Shown here: one piece after another, positions 11,847-23,015 of the stretch
How the letters are laid out: every line of letters starts with the position of its first letter
How positions within the stretch are numbered: position 1 is the stretch's first letter
DNA from: an uncultured Gemmatimonadales bacterium
Lineage (GTDB): Bacteria; Gemmatimonadota; Gemmatimonadetes; Gemmatimonadales; GWC2-71-9
Length of the DNA: 64,000 bases
Direction of reading: 5' to 3'
NCBI GenBank assembly: GCA_963715665.1
Contig: OY970263.1
Coordinates: forward strand, 51,631-115,630
Notes under the pieces: model-generated
The model's database searches: none
The model's input: the letters and a program-made list of their open reading frames with translations, nothing else
Told to the model about the DNA's origin: nothing
Translations under genes and position numbers: made by a program

Positions 11847-13195
11847 ATGGTTGTTCCCCGCCTGATCGAACGCAAGCGAGATGGTGGCGCGCTCACCGGT
11901 GACGAATGGCGTGCGCTGGTTGCCGGCTACACCGCCGGACAGGTGCCGGATTACCAGATGGCGGCGCTGGCGATGGCGATCTATTTCCGCGGCCTGCAGC
12001 CGGACGAACTCGCCGCGCTCACCGACGCCATGCTCGACTCCGGCGACCGGCTCCGGTTCGACGGCGAGACGCGGCCCCGCATCGACAAGCACTCCACCGG
12101 CGGCGTCGGCGACAAGACGTCGCTGCTGCTGGCGCCGATGCTGGCGGCATGCCGGCGTGCTGGTGCCAATGATGTCGGGGCGTGGGCTGGGCCACACTGG
12201 TGGAACGCTCGACAAGCTCGAAGCGATACCCGGCTTCCGGACCGACCTGCCGCTGGCACGGGCCACCGCCCAGGTGCGTTCTCTCGGGGCCGCGATGATC
12301 GGACAGACCGCCGAGATCGCCCCGGCCGATCGGCCGGCTCTATGCGCTGCGCGATGTGACCGGCACGGTCGAGTCGATCCCGCTGATCAGCGCCAGCATC
12401 ATGTCGAAGAAGCTCGCCGAGGGGCTCGACGGACTGGTGCTCGACGTCAAGATCGGCTCGGGCGCGTTTCTGCCCGAGCCCGAACGCGCCCTTGCCCTGG
12501 CGCGCACCATGATCGACCTCGGCGTGGCGCGGGGTTGCCCCACGGTCGCGCTGGTGACGGCGATGGACCGGCCCCTCGGCGTCGCGTGCGGCAACGCGCT
12601 GGAGGTCGAAGAGTCGATCGCCGGCCTCCGTGGCGAAGGCCCCGACGACCTGATGACGGTGACCTACGCCCTCGGTGCCGAGATGCTGCTGCTCGCCGGA
12701 TCGACCGCGACGCTCGAGGCGGCGCACGAGCGGTTGCGCGAGGTGGTCGCGTCGGGCGCGGCACTCGACGTGTTCCGGCGGATGGTTGCGGCGCAGGGCG
12801 GCGACCCGAAGGTGGCCGATGACCCGTCGCGCCTGCCACGCGCCCCGGTCCGGCGCGAGGTGACCGCGACGGCAAGTGGCGTGGTGCAGCAAGTGGAGCC
12901 TCGCGCGCTGGGCCGCGTGATCATCGAGCTCGGCGGTGGTCGCCGCACGGTGACCGACCGCGTCCTTCCCGACGTGGGGCTGCTGGTGCCGGTCAAGCCG
13001 GGCGATCACGTGGCACGGGGCGACGTCCTCGCGGTGGTCTGTGCCCGGACCGCCGAAGCCGCCGCCGGCGTCGAGGCGGCGGTGCGGGCGGCGATCCCGG
13101 TGGGAAGCGCCGCCGTCGAGCGTGCGCCGCTCATTGCCTGGCGCGTGACGGCCGAGGGCGAATCGCGATACTCGCAGCACGAAGGAGGTCGGTGA
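11847..13195 (+). pseudogene. deoA: thymidine/pyrimidine-nucleoside phosphorylase, interrupted by two frameshifts
   Basis: The protein reads through three frames. First: [17 protein letters not shown]...[23 protein letters not shown]. Second, from about 12150: [28 protein letters not shown]. Third, from about 12340: [22 protein letters not shown]... to the stop at 13195. Confidence 0.85.
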
Positions 13196-13443
13196 TGGGG
13201 ACCTGGATCGGTGTCGCGGCGCTTGGCGCCCTGCTGCTCTGGCTTCTGGGCGCCGGCCGGCGCGGCAATCCGGTGGCGCCGGAAGATGACATGCAGACGC
13301 CGACCGATGTGGATGAACTCGAGGAGGCCGAGCGCGAGGTGAGGGACGATCCCGACGCCAGGCCCGCCGCGGATGCGGTCGACGACGACGAGGACGACTG
13401 GGGGCCGGGATCGGGGCATTCGCCGATGCCGGGGGTGTGGTAG
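13195..13443 (+). CDS. small membrane-anchored acidic protein (hypothetical)
   Basis: ATG 13195 lies 6 nt after GGAGG (13184-13188). One TM helix (WIGVAALGALLLWLLGA) then an Asp/Glu-rich tail. Confidence 0.5.
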   Translation: MGTWIGVAALGALLLWLLGAGRRGNPVAPEDDMQTPTDVDELEEAEREVRDDPDARPAADAVDDDEDDWGPGSGHSPMPGVW

Positions 13444-13464
13444 GGGAGCAGTGAGACGAGAACA

Positions 13465-13494
13465 GTGAGCCGGCGCCCGATGGCGGCGGCTCAC
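13465..13494. terminator. bidirectional stem-loop between convergent genes
   Basis: GTGAGCCG (13465-13472) pairs with CGGCTCAC (13487-13494). Lies between the stop at 13443 (+) and the gyrB stop at 13508 (-). Confidence 0.45.
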
Positions 13495-13507
13495 GGTTCT
13501 CTATTCC

Positions 13508-15450
<1,943 letters not shown>

Positions 15451-15474
15451 GCGTCCTCGCTCGAGAAGAATGCG

Positions 15475-15794
15475 TCACGATGCGTCGAGCGAACCGACCT
15501 GCCATCGAATATGTTGCACCCGTTCCGCGTCCCGGGCGGTTGAGCCGGGCGAGGATCTGCGGGCGTCATCAGCCCGAGTTCGGTGGCCCAGGCGTGATTG
15601 ATCACCGTCACCAGCAGTGTGCCGTCGCGGCCCACCGACCGGGGGCGGGTCATCGCGGCGATCTGCGGACCCACCAGCTCGGGCCAGTCCGCCACGGCGC
15701 GGGCCGTTGCGAAGGCGCGCCGCCGCCGGATGGCGCGCCACGCCAGCGCGCCAGGGCCTCCTTGAGCGGCGTCGGCGCCTTCGTCGTCGGTCAC
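15475..15794 (-). pseudogene. DUF721 (DciA-like) protein of the recF-gyrB region, frameshifted
   Basis: GTG 15794 overlaps the recF stop (GTGA). [42 protein letters not shown] is typical of DUF721. The C-terminus (...[14 protein letters not shown], stop 15475) continues in another frame. Confidence 0.6.
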
Positions 15795-16877
15795 GCCGCC
15801 TCCGACCAGGTCGGCGCGGCGCGGCCATCCTGCATGGTCCAGCGCGGCAGGTCGAGGCCCCGGGGAGCTCGTCGGCGCGCGGCGCGGTGATGATCCGCTG
15901 GCCCGGTTGCGCGGCGAGCCGCGCGGCGAGCGACGCCTGGCGCCGCGGATCGAGTCGGCAAAGACGTCGTCGACCAGCAGCGCCGGATCGCACCCCGCGG
16001 GCCCGCGCCAGCGTCTCCCACTCCAGCAACCGCAGCGCGATGGCGGCCGAACGCTGCTGCCCGGTGGAGCCGTAGTCGCGCAGGGCATGTCCGTCGAGAC
16101 CAGCGCCAGGTCGTGGCGGTGCGGGCCGACATGGGTATGGCCCGCGCGCCAGGTCGCGCGACGTGGTGAGGGCCAGCTTCTCCGGCCACGCCGCGGGGTC
16201 GCGGAGCGCGTCGTCGCCGCGATAGCGGAGGGCCACCGCCGCGGTCTCGCCCGCGACGCCGAGCTCCCGTCGCCACGGTTCGTCGGCCCACGCCGCCCAA
16301 TCGCCAGGCGCCGCGCGACGACCGGGGCGCCGTGCAGTCGCCAGCGCGACGTCGAACGCGCTCGCCGCGCGGCGCATCGCCGGCCCGCAGCGCGGCGTTG
16401 CGCTGTGCCAGCGCCGCGCGGTACCGCAGCAGCGCCTCGAGATACGCCGCGGTCGGCCAGCGACAGCATCCGGTCGAGCCAGCGGCGCCGTTCGCCGGCG
16501 CCACCGCGCACCAGGGCGAGGTCGGCGGGGAGAAACGCCACCGCGAGCCAGCGTCCGAGTGCCGCGGTGATGGTGCGGCACTCTTCGCCGTCGACGGTGA
16601 TCCGCTTCTGGCGGGTCGCGGCCTGGAAGGTGGCGGTGACCGTCCCGCCGTCGGCGCGGGTCAGCGCCACGTGGAACCCGGGGCCGCCGAAGCGGCCGAG
16701 TTCGCGATCGGCGGCGCCACGAAAGGAGCGGAACAGCACCGGATAGGCCAGCGCCTCGAGGAGATTGGTCTTGCCGTGCCCATTCGGGCCGACCAGCGCG
16801 AATCCTTCGTCGGGCAGCTCCAGTTCGGCGTCGGCGAGGTTGCGGAAACTCCGCACGACCAGTGCGGTGGCGCGCAT
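15791..16877 (-). pseudogene. recF: DNA replication and repair protein RecF, reading frame broken at 6 or more sites
   Basis: N-terminus intact ([43 protein letters not shown]...[14 protein letters not shown]). Later RecF peptides are scattered over three frames ([22 protein letters not shown]; [11 protein letters not shown]; [20 protein letters not shown]; [11 protein letters not shown]-like; GQRIITAP). Confidence 0.85.
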
Positions 16878-16879
16878 CC

Positions 16880-17672
16880 TCAGCGGCCGTGGAACGCCGG
16901 CGGCCGCCTTGTCAAGAAACGCCCGCGGTGCCTTCGGCGCGGTCGGCGGTGTCGCAGGCGGCGCCGAACAGTGCCGCTTCCATTGCCAGCGCCTCGTCGC
17001 GGCCCAGGTCGCTGCCGCCGGTCACCGACTCGAGGCAGAGGCGCACCGCCGTCGGGCCCTGCGCCAGGATGGTCCGCAGCAGCGCGCGCGATTCGTCGAG
17101 CAGCTTCTCGGCCGGCACGATGCGATTGACCAGCCCGATGCGGCAGCGCCTCGTCGGCATCGATCATCGTTGCCGGTGAGCAGCAGTCTCGAGCGCCCGG
17201 CCCGCGGCCCACCAGCCGTGGCAGGCGCACCGTCCCGCCGTAGCCCGGGAATGAGGCCGAGCTTCACCTCGGGCTGCCCGAACCGGGCCCCGGGCGCGGC
17301 AAGGCGGAGGTGGCACGCCATCGCCAGTTCGCAGCCGCCGCCGAGGGCAAAGCCGTTGACCGCGGCGATCACCGGCTTGCGCAGCTGCTCGATTTCGCGG
17401 AACACACGCGATCCCGCGCGTGCAAACTCCTGGCCGCGGCCGGGATCGAGGGCGGCAAGCTCGGCGATGTCGGCCCCGGCAACGAACGCCTTGCCGCCGG
17501 CGCCGGTGAGGATCACGCCGCGGACCGCGTCGTCGTGCGCGATGTGCTGCACGGTCTCGGCCAGGTGCGCTGATGACCGCGGCGTTGAGGGCGTTGAGTT
17601 TGTCGGGCCGGTTGATGGTCAGGAGCGCGATGCCGTCGGCGTCGGTCTACAGCAGCAGGTCGAATTCGCCAT
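16880..17672 (-). pseudogene. enoyl-CoA hydratase/isomerase (crotonase) family, frameshifted
   Basis: The core is in one frame (VRGVILTGAGGKAFVAGADIAEL...KPVIAAVNGFALGGGCELAMACH...FGQPEVKLGLIPG). The N-terminus (ATG 17672, in-frame TAG at codon 9) and C-terminal pieces (IGLVNRIVPAEKLLDE...; [12 protein letters not shown], stop 16880) are in other frames. Confidence 0.8.
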
Positions 17673-17720
17673 CCCGGAAAGATAGCTTGGGGCACCCCTT
17701 CAACGGACCGAGAATCGGCG

Positions 17721-19208
17721 ATGCCAGACATCCTCGCCCTGGACCAGGGAACCACCGGTTCGACCGCGCTGGTGGTCGACGCGAACGGTGCGGTGATCGG
17801 CCGCGGCTATCGCGAGATCACCCAGCATTATCCGCGGCCCGGCTGGGTGGAACACGATCCGGCGGAGCTGGTGGCGGCCACGGTCGCCGCGGCGCGGGAT
17901 GCCCTCGCCGCCGCCGGCCGACCGGTCGATGCTATCGGGATCACCAACCAGCGGGAGACGGTGGTGCTCTGGGAGCGGGAGACGCTGCGGCCGGTGGGCC
18001 GCGCCATTGTCTGGCAGGACAGAAGGACCGCGGCCCGCTGCGACGCCCTGCGGGCGGACGGCACCGAGGCGTGGCTCCGGGAGCGCACCGGGCTGCTCTG
18101 TGATCCGTACTTCTCGGCGACCAAGCTCGAGTGGTTGCTCCGCGACAGCGACCTGCGGCGCCGGGCCGAGCGGGGCGAGGTGGTCTTCGGCACGGTCGAC
18201 AGCTGGCTGGTGGCGGCGTTGAGTGGTGGCGCGGTGCACGCCACCGACGTGACCAACGCGTCGCGCACCCTGCTGGCCGATCTTGCCACCGGGTCGTGGG
18301 ACGACGAGCTGCTGGCGCTGTTCGGCGTGCCGCGCGCGATGCTGCCGGAGATCGTCGAACCGTCCGGGGCGATCGCCCGCACCACCGCGGGGCTCTTCGG
18401 GGCGCCGCTGCCGATCACCGGCATGGCGGGCGACCAGCAGGCGGCGCTCTTCGGCCAGGGATGCGTCGCCCCGGGTGCGGCCAAGGTGACCTACGGCACC
18501 GGCGCGTTCCTGCTGCGCTTTGCGGGCGACACGGCGGCACCGGTGCCGGATGCCGGCGTGCTCGCCACCATTGCGGTCGGTGCCACCGGCCACCGGGCGT
18601 GGGCGCTGGAGGGGAGCGTGTTCGTGGCGGGCGCGGCGGTGCAGTGGCTCCGTGACCTCGGAATGATCGCCGGGGCCGGCGAGACGGCAGCGCTGGCCGC
18701 CGCGGTCAATGACACCGGCGGCGTGGTGGTGGTGCCGGCGTTCACCGGGCTGGGTGCGCCGTACTGGAACGCCGCCGCGCGCGGCAGCATCACGGGGCTC
18801 ACCCGGGGCACGACGCGGGCCCACCTGGTCCGCGCCACGCTGGAAGCGATCGCGCAACAGACCGCCGACCTGGTGGAGAGCATGGGCGGGGTCACCGCGC
18901 TGCTGGTCGACGGTGGTGCCGCGGCGAACGACTGGCTGATGCAGTTCCAGTCCGACCTGCTCGCGGCACCGGTGACCCGCCCGGCGGGTGTGGAGGCGAC
19001 CGGTTACGGTGCCGCGCGTCTCGCGGCGACCGGACTCGGCGCCACGTTGCCACCGGCGCCGGCGCTGGGCGCCGTCACGACGTTCCATCCGGCCCGGGAC
19101 GCCGGGTGGCGGGACGAGCGGCGCGGCGAATGGCGCCGCGCGGTGGCCGCAACGCTGGCGTGGAGCGGGGCTGCTCCGGACACTTCCCCACCTTCGCCAG
19201 CGGCGTGA
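17721..19208 (+). CDS. glpK: glycerol kinase
   Basis: 495 aa, uninterrupted. LALDQGTTGSTALV, GWVEHDP, GITNQRETVVLWE, YFSATKLEWLL, GMAGDQQAALFGQGC, KVTYGTGAFLL. Confidence 0.93.
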   Translation: MPDILALDQGTTGSTALVVDANGAVIGRGYREITQHYPRPGWVEHDPAELVAATVAAARDALAAAGRPVDAIGITNQRETVVLWERETLRPVGRAIVWQDRRTAARCDALRADGTEAWLRERTGLLCDPYFSATKLEWLLRDSDLRRRAERGEVVFGTVDSWLVAALSGGAVHATDVTNASRTLLADLATGSWDDELLALFGVPRAMLPEIVEPSGAIARTTAGLFGAPLPITGMAGDQQAALFGQGCVAPGAAKVTYGTGAFLLRFAGDTAAPVPDAGVLATIAVGATGHRAWALEGSVFVAGAAVQWLRDLGMIAGAGETAALAAAVNDTGGVVVVPAFTGLGAPYWNAAARGSITGLTRGTTRAHLVRATLEAIAQQTADLVESMGGVTALLVDGGAAANDWLMQFQSDLLAAPVTRPAGVEATGYGAARLAATGLGATLPPAPALGAVTTFHPARDAGWRDERRGEWRRAVAATLAWSGAAPDTSPPSPAA

Positions 19209-19261
19209 TCACGCTATACTTCGCCAGCAGGATGCAAGCGGGAAATCTTCAAGGAATCTTC

Positions 19262-19687
19262 ATGAAACCGGGAGCCAAATTCGCCATCGGCGCCACCGTG
19301 ATCGTGGCGAGCGTGGCGGTGATGATCGGCGAGGGAATCAAGCAGACCGGGACGTACTTCCTCACGCCGACCCAGCTGGAGCAGCGGACCCAGTCCGACC
19401 CATCGTTCTACAACGTCGGGTTGAAGGTGAGTGCCAAGGTGGTGCCCGGCTCGATCCAGCGTGACCCGGCCGACCAGCGGATCGACTTCAAGATCAGCGA
19501 TGGGACGCAGACGTTTCCCGTGACGTACGTCGGGCTGGTGCCCGACACCTTCACGGACGCCAACGACATCGACGTGGTGGTGGAGGGCAAGCTCGGCCGC
19601 GACGGCGTGTTCCACGCCACCGACGTGATCGCCAAGTGCGGCTCGCGCTACGAGGCGGTCTGGAAGAGCCAGGGGAAGAACGGCTGA
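19262..19687 (+). CDS. ccmE: cytochrome c maturation heme chaperone CcmE, Cys-variant (CxxxY)
   Basis: ATG 19262. N-terminal TM anchor and OB-fold body. The heme-binding position reads VIAKCGSRYEA instead of the canonical AKHDENY. Confidence 0.85.
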   Translation: MKPGAKFAIGATVIVASVAVMIGEGIKQTGTYFLTPTQLEQRTQSDPSFYNVGLKVSAKVVPGSIQRDPADQRIDFKISDGTQTFPVTYVGLVPDTFTDANDIDVVVEGKLGRDGVFHATDVIAKCGSRYEAVWKSQGKNG

Positions 19688-19694
19688 GGCGGGC

Positions 19695-21746
19695 ATGACC
19701 CTGCTGGGAACGTTTGCGCTGTGGGCCGGGCTGCTCTTCGGAGTGCTGTGCACCGGCCTGGCCTTCTTCGGCGGCTGGGAGCGGCGTCCCCAGCTGGCGA
19801 CCGTGGTGACCCGCTGCGCGTACGCGGTCTGTGCCGCGATGCTGGTGGCGGCGGTGGCGTTGTGGAAGGGGATCTTCACCCACGACTTCAACATCATCTA
19901 CGTCGCCGACTATACCTCCCGCAACCTCCCCGAGTATTACCTCATCTCGGCCTTCTGGGCCGGCCAGCGCGGGTCGCTGCTGTTCTGGGCGACGGTGCTG
20001 TCGATCTTCGGCGCCCTGGCGCAGGCGCTGACGTCGTCGCGCCACAAGGAGCTGCTGCCCTACGTGGCGGGCGTGACCAGCGGGGTGGCGTCGTTCTTCA
20101 TCATGGTGATGCTGTTCGGCCAGGACGCCAACCCGTTCCAGCGGTTTGCCTTCACGCCGCCGGACGGCAACGGCCTCAACCCGCAGCTGCAGAACCCGGG
20201 GATGGTGATGCATCCCCCGATGCTCTACCTCGGCTACATCAGCATCACGATGCCGTTTGCCTTTGCGATCGCGGCGTTGCTCGCCAAGCGGCTCGACACC
20301 GGCTGGATCATCGCCATGCGGAAGTGGGCGCTGGCGTCGTGGCTTTTCCTGTCGATCGGCATCACCCTCGGGATGTGGTGGGCGTATGTCGAACTCGGCT
20401 GGGGCGGCGTCTGGGAGTGGGACCCGGTCGAGAACGCCTCGCTGCTGCCGTGGCTGGTGCTGACGGCGTTCCTGCACTCGGTGATGATCCAGGAAAAGCG
20501 CGGCATGCTGAAGCGCTGGAACGTCTCGCTGATCATCGCCGCGTTCCTGCTGTCGATCTTCGGCACGTTCATCACCCGGTCGGGCGCGATCTCGTCGGTG
20601 CACTCGTTCACGCAGTCCGACATCGGCTACTTCTTCCTGGCGCTGCTGGCGGTGGCGGCAATTCTGTCGTTCACGCTGCTGTCGACCCGCTGGCCGCAGC
20701 TCGAAGCCGACGTGCAACTCGAATCGCTGGTGAGCCGCGAGTCGGCGTTCCTGTTCAACAACCTGGCGCTGGTGGGGATCGCGTTCTCGGTGCTCTGGGG
20801 GACGCTCTTCCCGATCATCTCGGAACTGGTGCGGGGCACCAAGATCACGGTCGGCCCGCCGTTCTTCAACCGGGTCAACATCCCGCTCGGCCTGTTCCTG
20901 CTGCTGCTGACCGGCGTGGGGCCGCTGATTGCGTGGCGCAAGGCGTCGCTGGCCAACCTGCAGCGGCAGTTCCTGGCGCCGTCGGCGGGCTTCGTGCTGA
21001 CGTTCGTGGTGATGATCGCGCTCGGCATGCGCGACTTCTACGCGCTGATCGCGGTGGCGCTGGCGGGCTTCGTGCTGGTGACCATCGGCCAGGAGTTCTG
21101 GCGCGGCATCCGGGCCCGGATGGCGATGCACCACGAATCGCCGCTGGTGGCGGTGGGGCACCTCGTGGCGCGCAACCGGCGGCGCTACGGCGGCTACATC
21201 GTGCACGTCGGCGTGGTGTGCTACTTCGTCGCGTTCACCGGGCTGGCGTTCAAGGTGAAGCAGGAAGTGGTGCTCCACCCCGGCGAGTCGGCCACGATCC
21301 ACTCGCCGTTCGGCTACGACTACACGCTGACCCACCTTGGCGTGTCGCAGTACAAGACGCTCAACCGCGAGACGTCGGCTGCCACGCTGCAGGTGGCGCG
21401 CGGCGGCAAGGTGGTCGGCACGGTCAAGTCGGAGCGGCGCCAGTATGTCGATTCGTTCGGCAATCCCACCTTCGAGCCGTCGACGGCGGTGGGGATCCGG
21501 AGCACCCTGCGCGAAGACCTCTACGTGGTATATGCCGGGTCGCCCGACGGCACCGAGACGGCGCGCTTCACGTTGATGATCAACCCGCTGGTGGCGTGGT
21601 TCTGGATTGGTGGCGCAATCCTCGCCTTCGGCGGGATTCTCACCATGTGGCCCGGCGGGCCGCAGATCCGGACCCGGCGCCGCCGGGTGATTCCGCAGGC
21701 GGGCTACGCGGTCAAGCTCGCCGAGGTGGCCGAGGTGGCGGAATGA
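19695..21746 (+). CDS. ccmF: cytochrome c-type biogenesis heme lyase CcmF
   Basis: 683 aa polytopic membrane protein. WWAYVELGWGGVWEWDPVENASLLPW (WWD domain) and conserved His-containing loops. Confidence 0.92.
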   Translation: MTLLGTFALWAGLLFGVLCTGLAFFGGWERRPQLATVVTRCAYAVCAAMLVAAVALWKGIFTHDFNIIYVADYTSRNLPEYYLISAFWAGQRGSLLFWATVLSIFGALAQALTSSRHKELLPYVAGVTSGVASFFIMVMLFGQDANPFQRFAFTPPDGNGLNPQLQNPGMVMHPPMLYLGYISITMPFAFAIAALLAKRLDTGWIIAMRKWALASWLFLSIGITLGMWWAYVELGWGGVWEWDPVENASLLPWLVLTAFLHSVMIQEKRGMLKRWNVSLIIAAFLLSIFGTFITRSGAISSVHSFTQSDIGYFFLALLAVAAILSFTLLSTRWPQLEADVQLESLVSRESAFLFNNLALVGIAFSVLWGTLFPIISELVRGTKITVGPPFFNRVNIPLGLFLLLLTGVGPLIAWRKASLANLQRQFLAPSAGFVLTFVVMIALGMRDFYALIAVALAGFVLVTIGQEFWRGIRARMAMHHESPLVAVGHLVARNRRRYGGYIVHVGVVCYFVAFTGLAFKVKQEVVLHPGESATIHSPFGYDYTLTHLGVSQYKTLNRETSAATLQVARGGKVVGTVKSERRQYVDSFGNPTFEPSTAVGIRSTLREDLYVVYAGSPDGTETARFTLMINPLVAWFWIGGAILAFGGILTMWPGGPQIRTRRRRVIPQAGYAVKLAEVAEVAE

Positions 21747-22396
21747 ACCGGCGCGAATGGCTTGCCGGGCTCGGCCTGATGGCGGTGCCGCTGGCGCGGA
21801 CCCGCGGCGCCCGCCGGATCACGCTGCCGAGTGTGTTGCGGCGCCGGGCGCAACAGGCCGGTGGCGCCCAGCAGCCGGCACAGCAGCCGGCGCCCGGGGC
21901 GGCCGCGCCGCCGGCCAATGCCCTCGACGACGCATCGCTGGTGGGGCGTGCCGCGGCACCGGTCGATCGTTTCGACAACGACCCGTTCGTGATCTCGATC
22001 GAACGCCGACTGCGCTGCACCTGCGGCTGCACCCTCGACGTCTACACCTGCCGCACCACCGACTTCACCTGCACCTACTCGCCGGCGATGCACAAGGATG
22101 TCGTCACGATGCTGCAGCAGGGGGCGACGTCGGACCAGGTCATCCAGGCGTTTGTCGACCAGTACGGCGAATCGGTGCTGATGTCGCCGCCGGCGCGCGG
22201 GTTCAACCTTGCCGGGTACCTGGTGCCGGGGCTGGTGATCACGGCAGCGGGGCTGGCCCTCGCGGCGTACCTCGGCCGGCGGCGCGACCTGCTGGTCGTC
22301 CCGGCGCCGGTGGCGACCGGGCCCGGCGCACCGGCCGGCCCCGACGCGGCAGAGCTGGAACGGCTGCGCCGTGCCCTCGACGAAGTGGAATCGTGA
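21743..22396 (+). CDS. ccmH: CcmH/CycL-family cytochrome c biogenesis protein (variant LRCTCGC motif)
   Basis: ATG 21743 overlaps the ccmF stop (ATGA). Only the last 217 codons of track ORF 19721-22396 are real. Motifs: ERRLRCTCGCTLDVYTC...QVIQAFVDQYGESVLMSPP and a C-terminal TM helix. Confidence 0.75.
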   Translation: MNRREWLAGLGLMAVPLARTRGARRITLPSVLRRRAQQAGGAQQPAQQPAPGAAAPPANALDDASLVGRAAAPVDRFDNDPFVISIERRLRCTCGCTLDVYTCRTTDFTCTYSPAMHKDVVTMLQQGATSDQVIQAFVDQYGESVLMSPPARGFNLAGYLVPGLVITAAGLALAAYLGRRRDLLVVPAPVATGPGAPAGPDAAELERLRRALDEVES

Positions 22397-22954
22397 ATGA
22401 TCATCGAGGCGTTTGCCGCGGTGATGGTGGGAATTGCGCTGATCTGGCTGGTGGTGCAGCCGCTGGTGCTCCCGGCGATGGCGGGTCCGGAGTTGCCCGA
22501 CCTTCCTGATCCGGAAGAGACGCCGCGGGGCCAGGCGCTGCTGGCGCTGAAGGAAATCGAATTCGATCGCGCCACCGGCAAGCTCTCCGAAGCGGATTAC
22601 GAATCGCTCTACGCCCGCTATTCGGTGCGGGCCATCGAGGTGCTCGACGCGCCACCGGGCGCGGCTGGCGCGGCCGAGCCCGGCGGGGACGACCCGATCG
22701 AAGCGCTGATCGCGGCGCGCCGGGCGGCGCTGCCGACGGCGGGTGCCGTCGGTGCCACGCCGGTTGTGGCGCTGCCCGACGGCGTTGCCCGCCGCTGCCT
22801 GCTCCACGGCGATGCCGTGGAACCTGACGCTGTCTTCTGCTCGGTCTGCGGCGCCGCACTGGTCACCGCCGACGGGCAGTGCGTCGCGTGCGGCACGACG
22901 GCTCCCGCCGACGCGGCGTTCTGCCCCGGCTGCGGAGCGCGCCTCACCGGGTAA
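22397..22954 (+). CDS. membrane-anchored CcmI-N-terminal-like protein fused to a double zinc-ribbon
   Basis: Starts immediately after the ccmH stop. TM helix (AFAAVMVGIALIWLVV). ALLALKEIEFDRATGKLSEADYESLYARY resembles the CcmI N-domain. C-terminus CSVCGA...CVACG...CPGCGA. Confidence 0.6.
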   Translation: MIIEAFAAVMVGIALIWLVVQPLVLPAMAGPELPDLPDPEETPRGQALLALKEIEFDRATGKLSEADYESLYARYSVRAIEVLDAPPGAAGAAEPGGDDPIEALIAARRAALPTAGAVGATPVVALPDGVARRCLLHGDAVEPDAVFCSVCGAALVTADGQCVACGTTAPADAAFCPGCGARLTG

Positions 22955-22962
22955 CCGGCCCC

Positions 22963-22990
22963 GGCGGGAGGCTCCGCAGAACCTCCCGCC
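22963..22990. terminator. bidirectional GC-rich stem-loop between convergent genes
   Basis: GGCGGGAGG (22963-22971) and CCTCCCGCC (22982-22990) form a perfect 9-bp stem with a 10-nt loop. Confidence 0.55.
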
Positions 22991-23015
22991 GCTGGCCGCC
23001 CGGACATTCCCTCGA

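Noticed and set aside
19721-21742. 891-aa ORF 19721-22396 as a single protein
   Set aside because: The first 674 codons are ccmF read out of frame. Only the C-terminal 217 aa (ccmH, ATG 21743) are credible.
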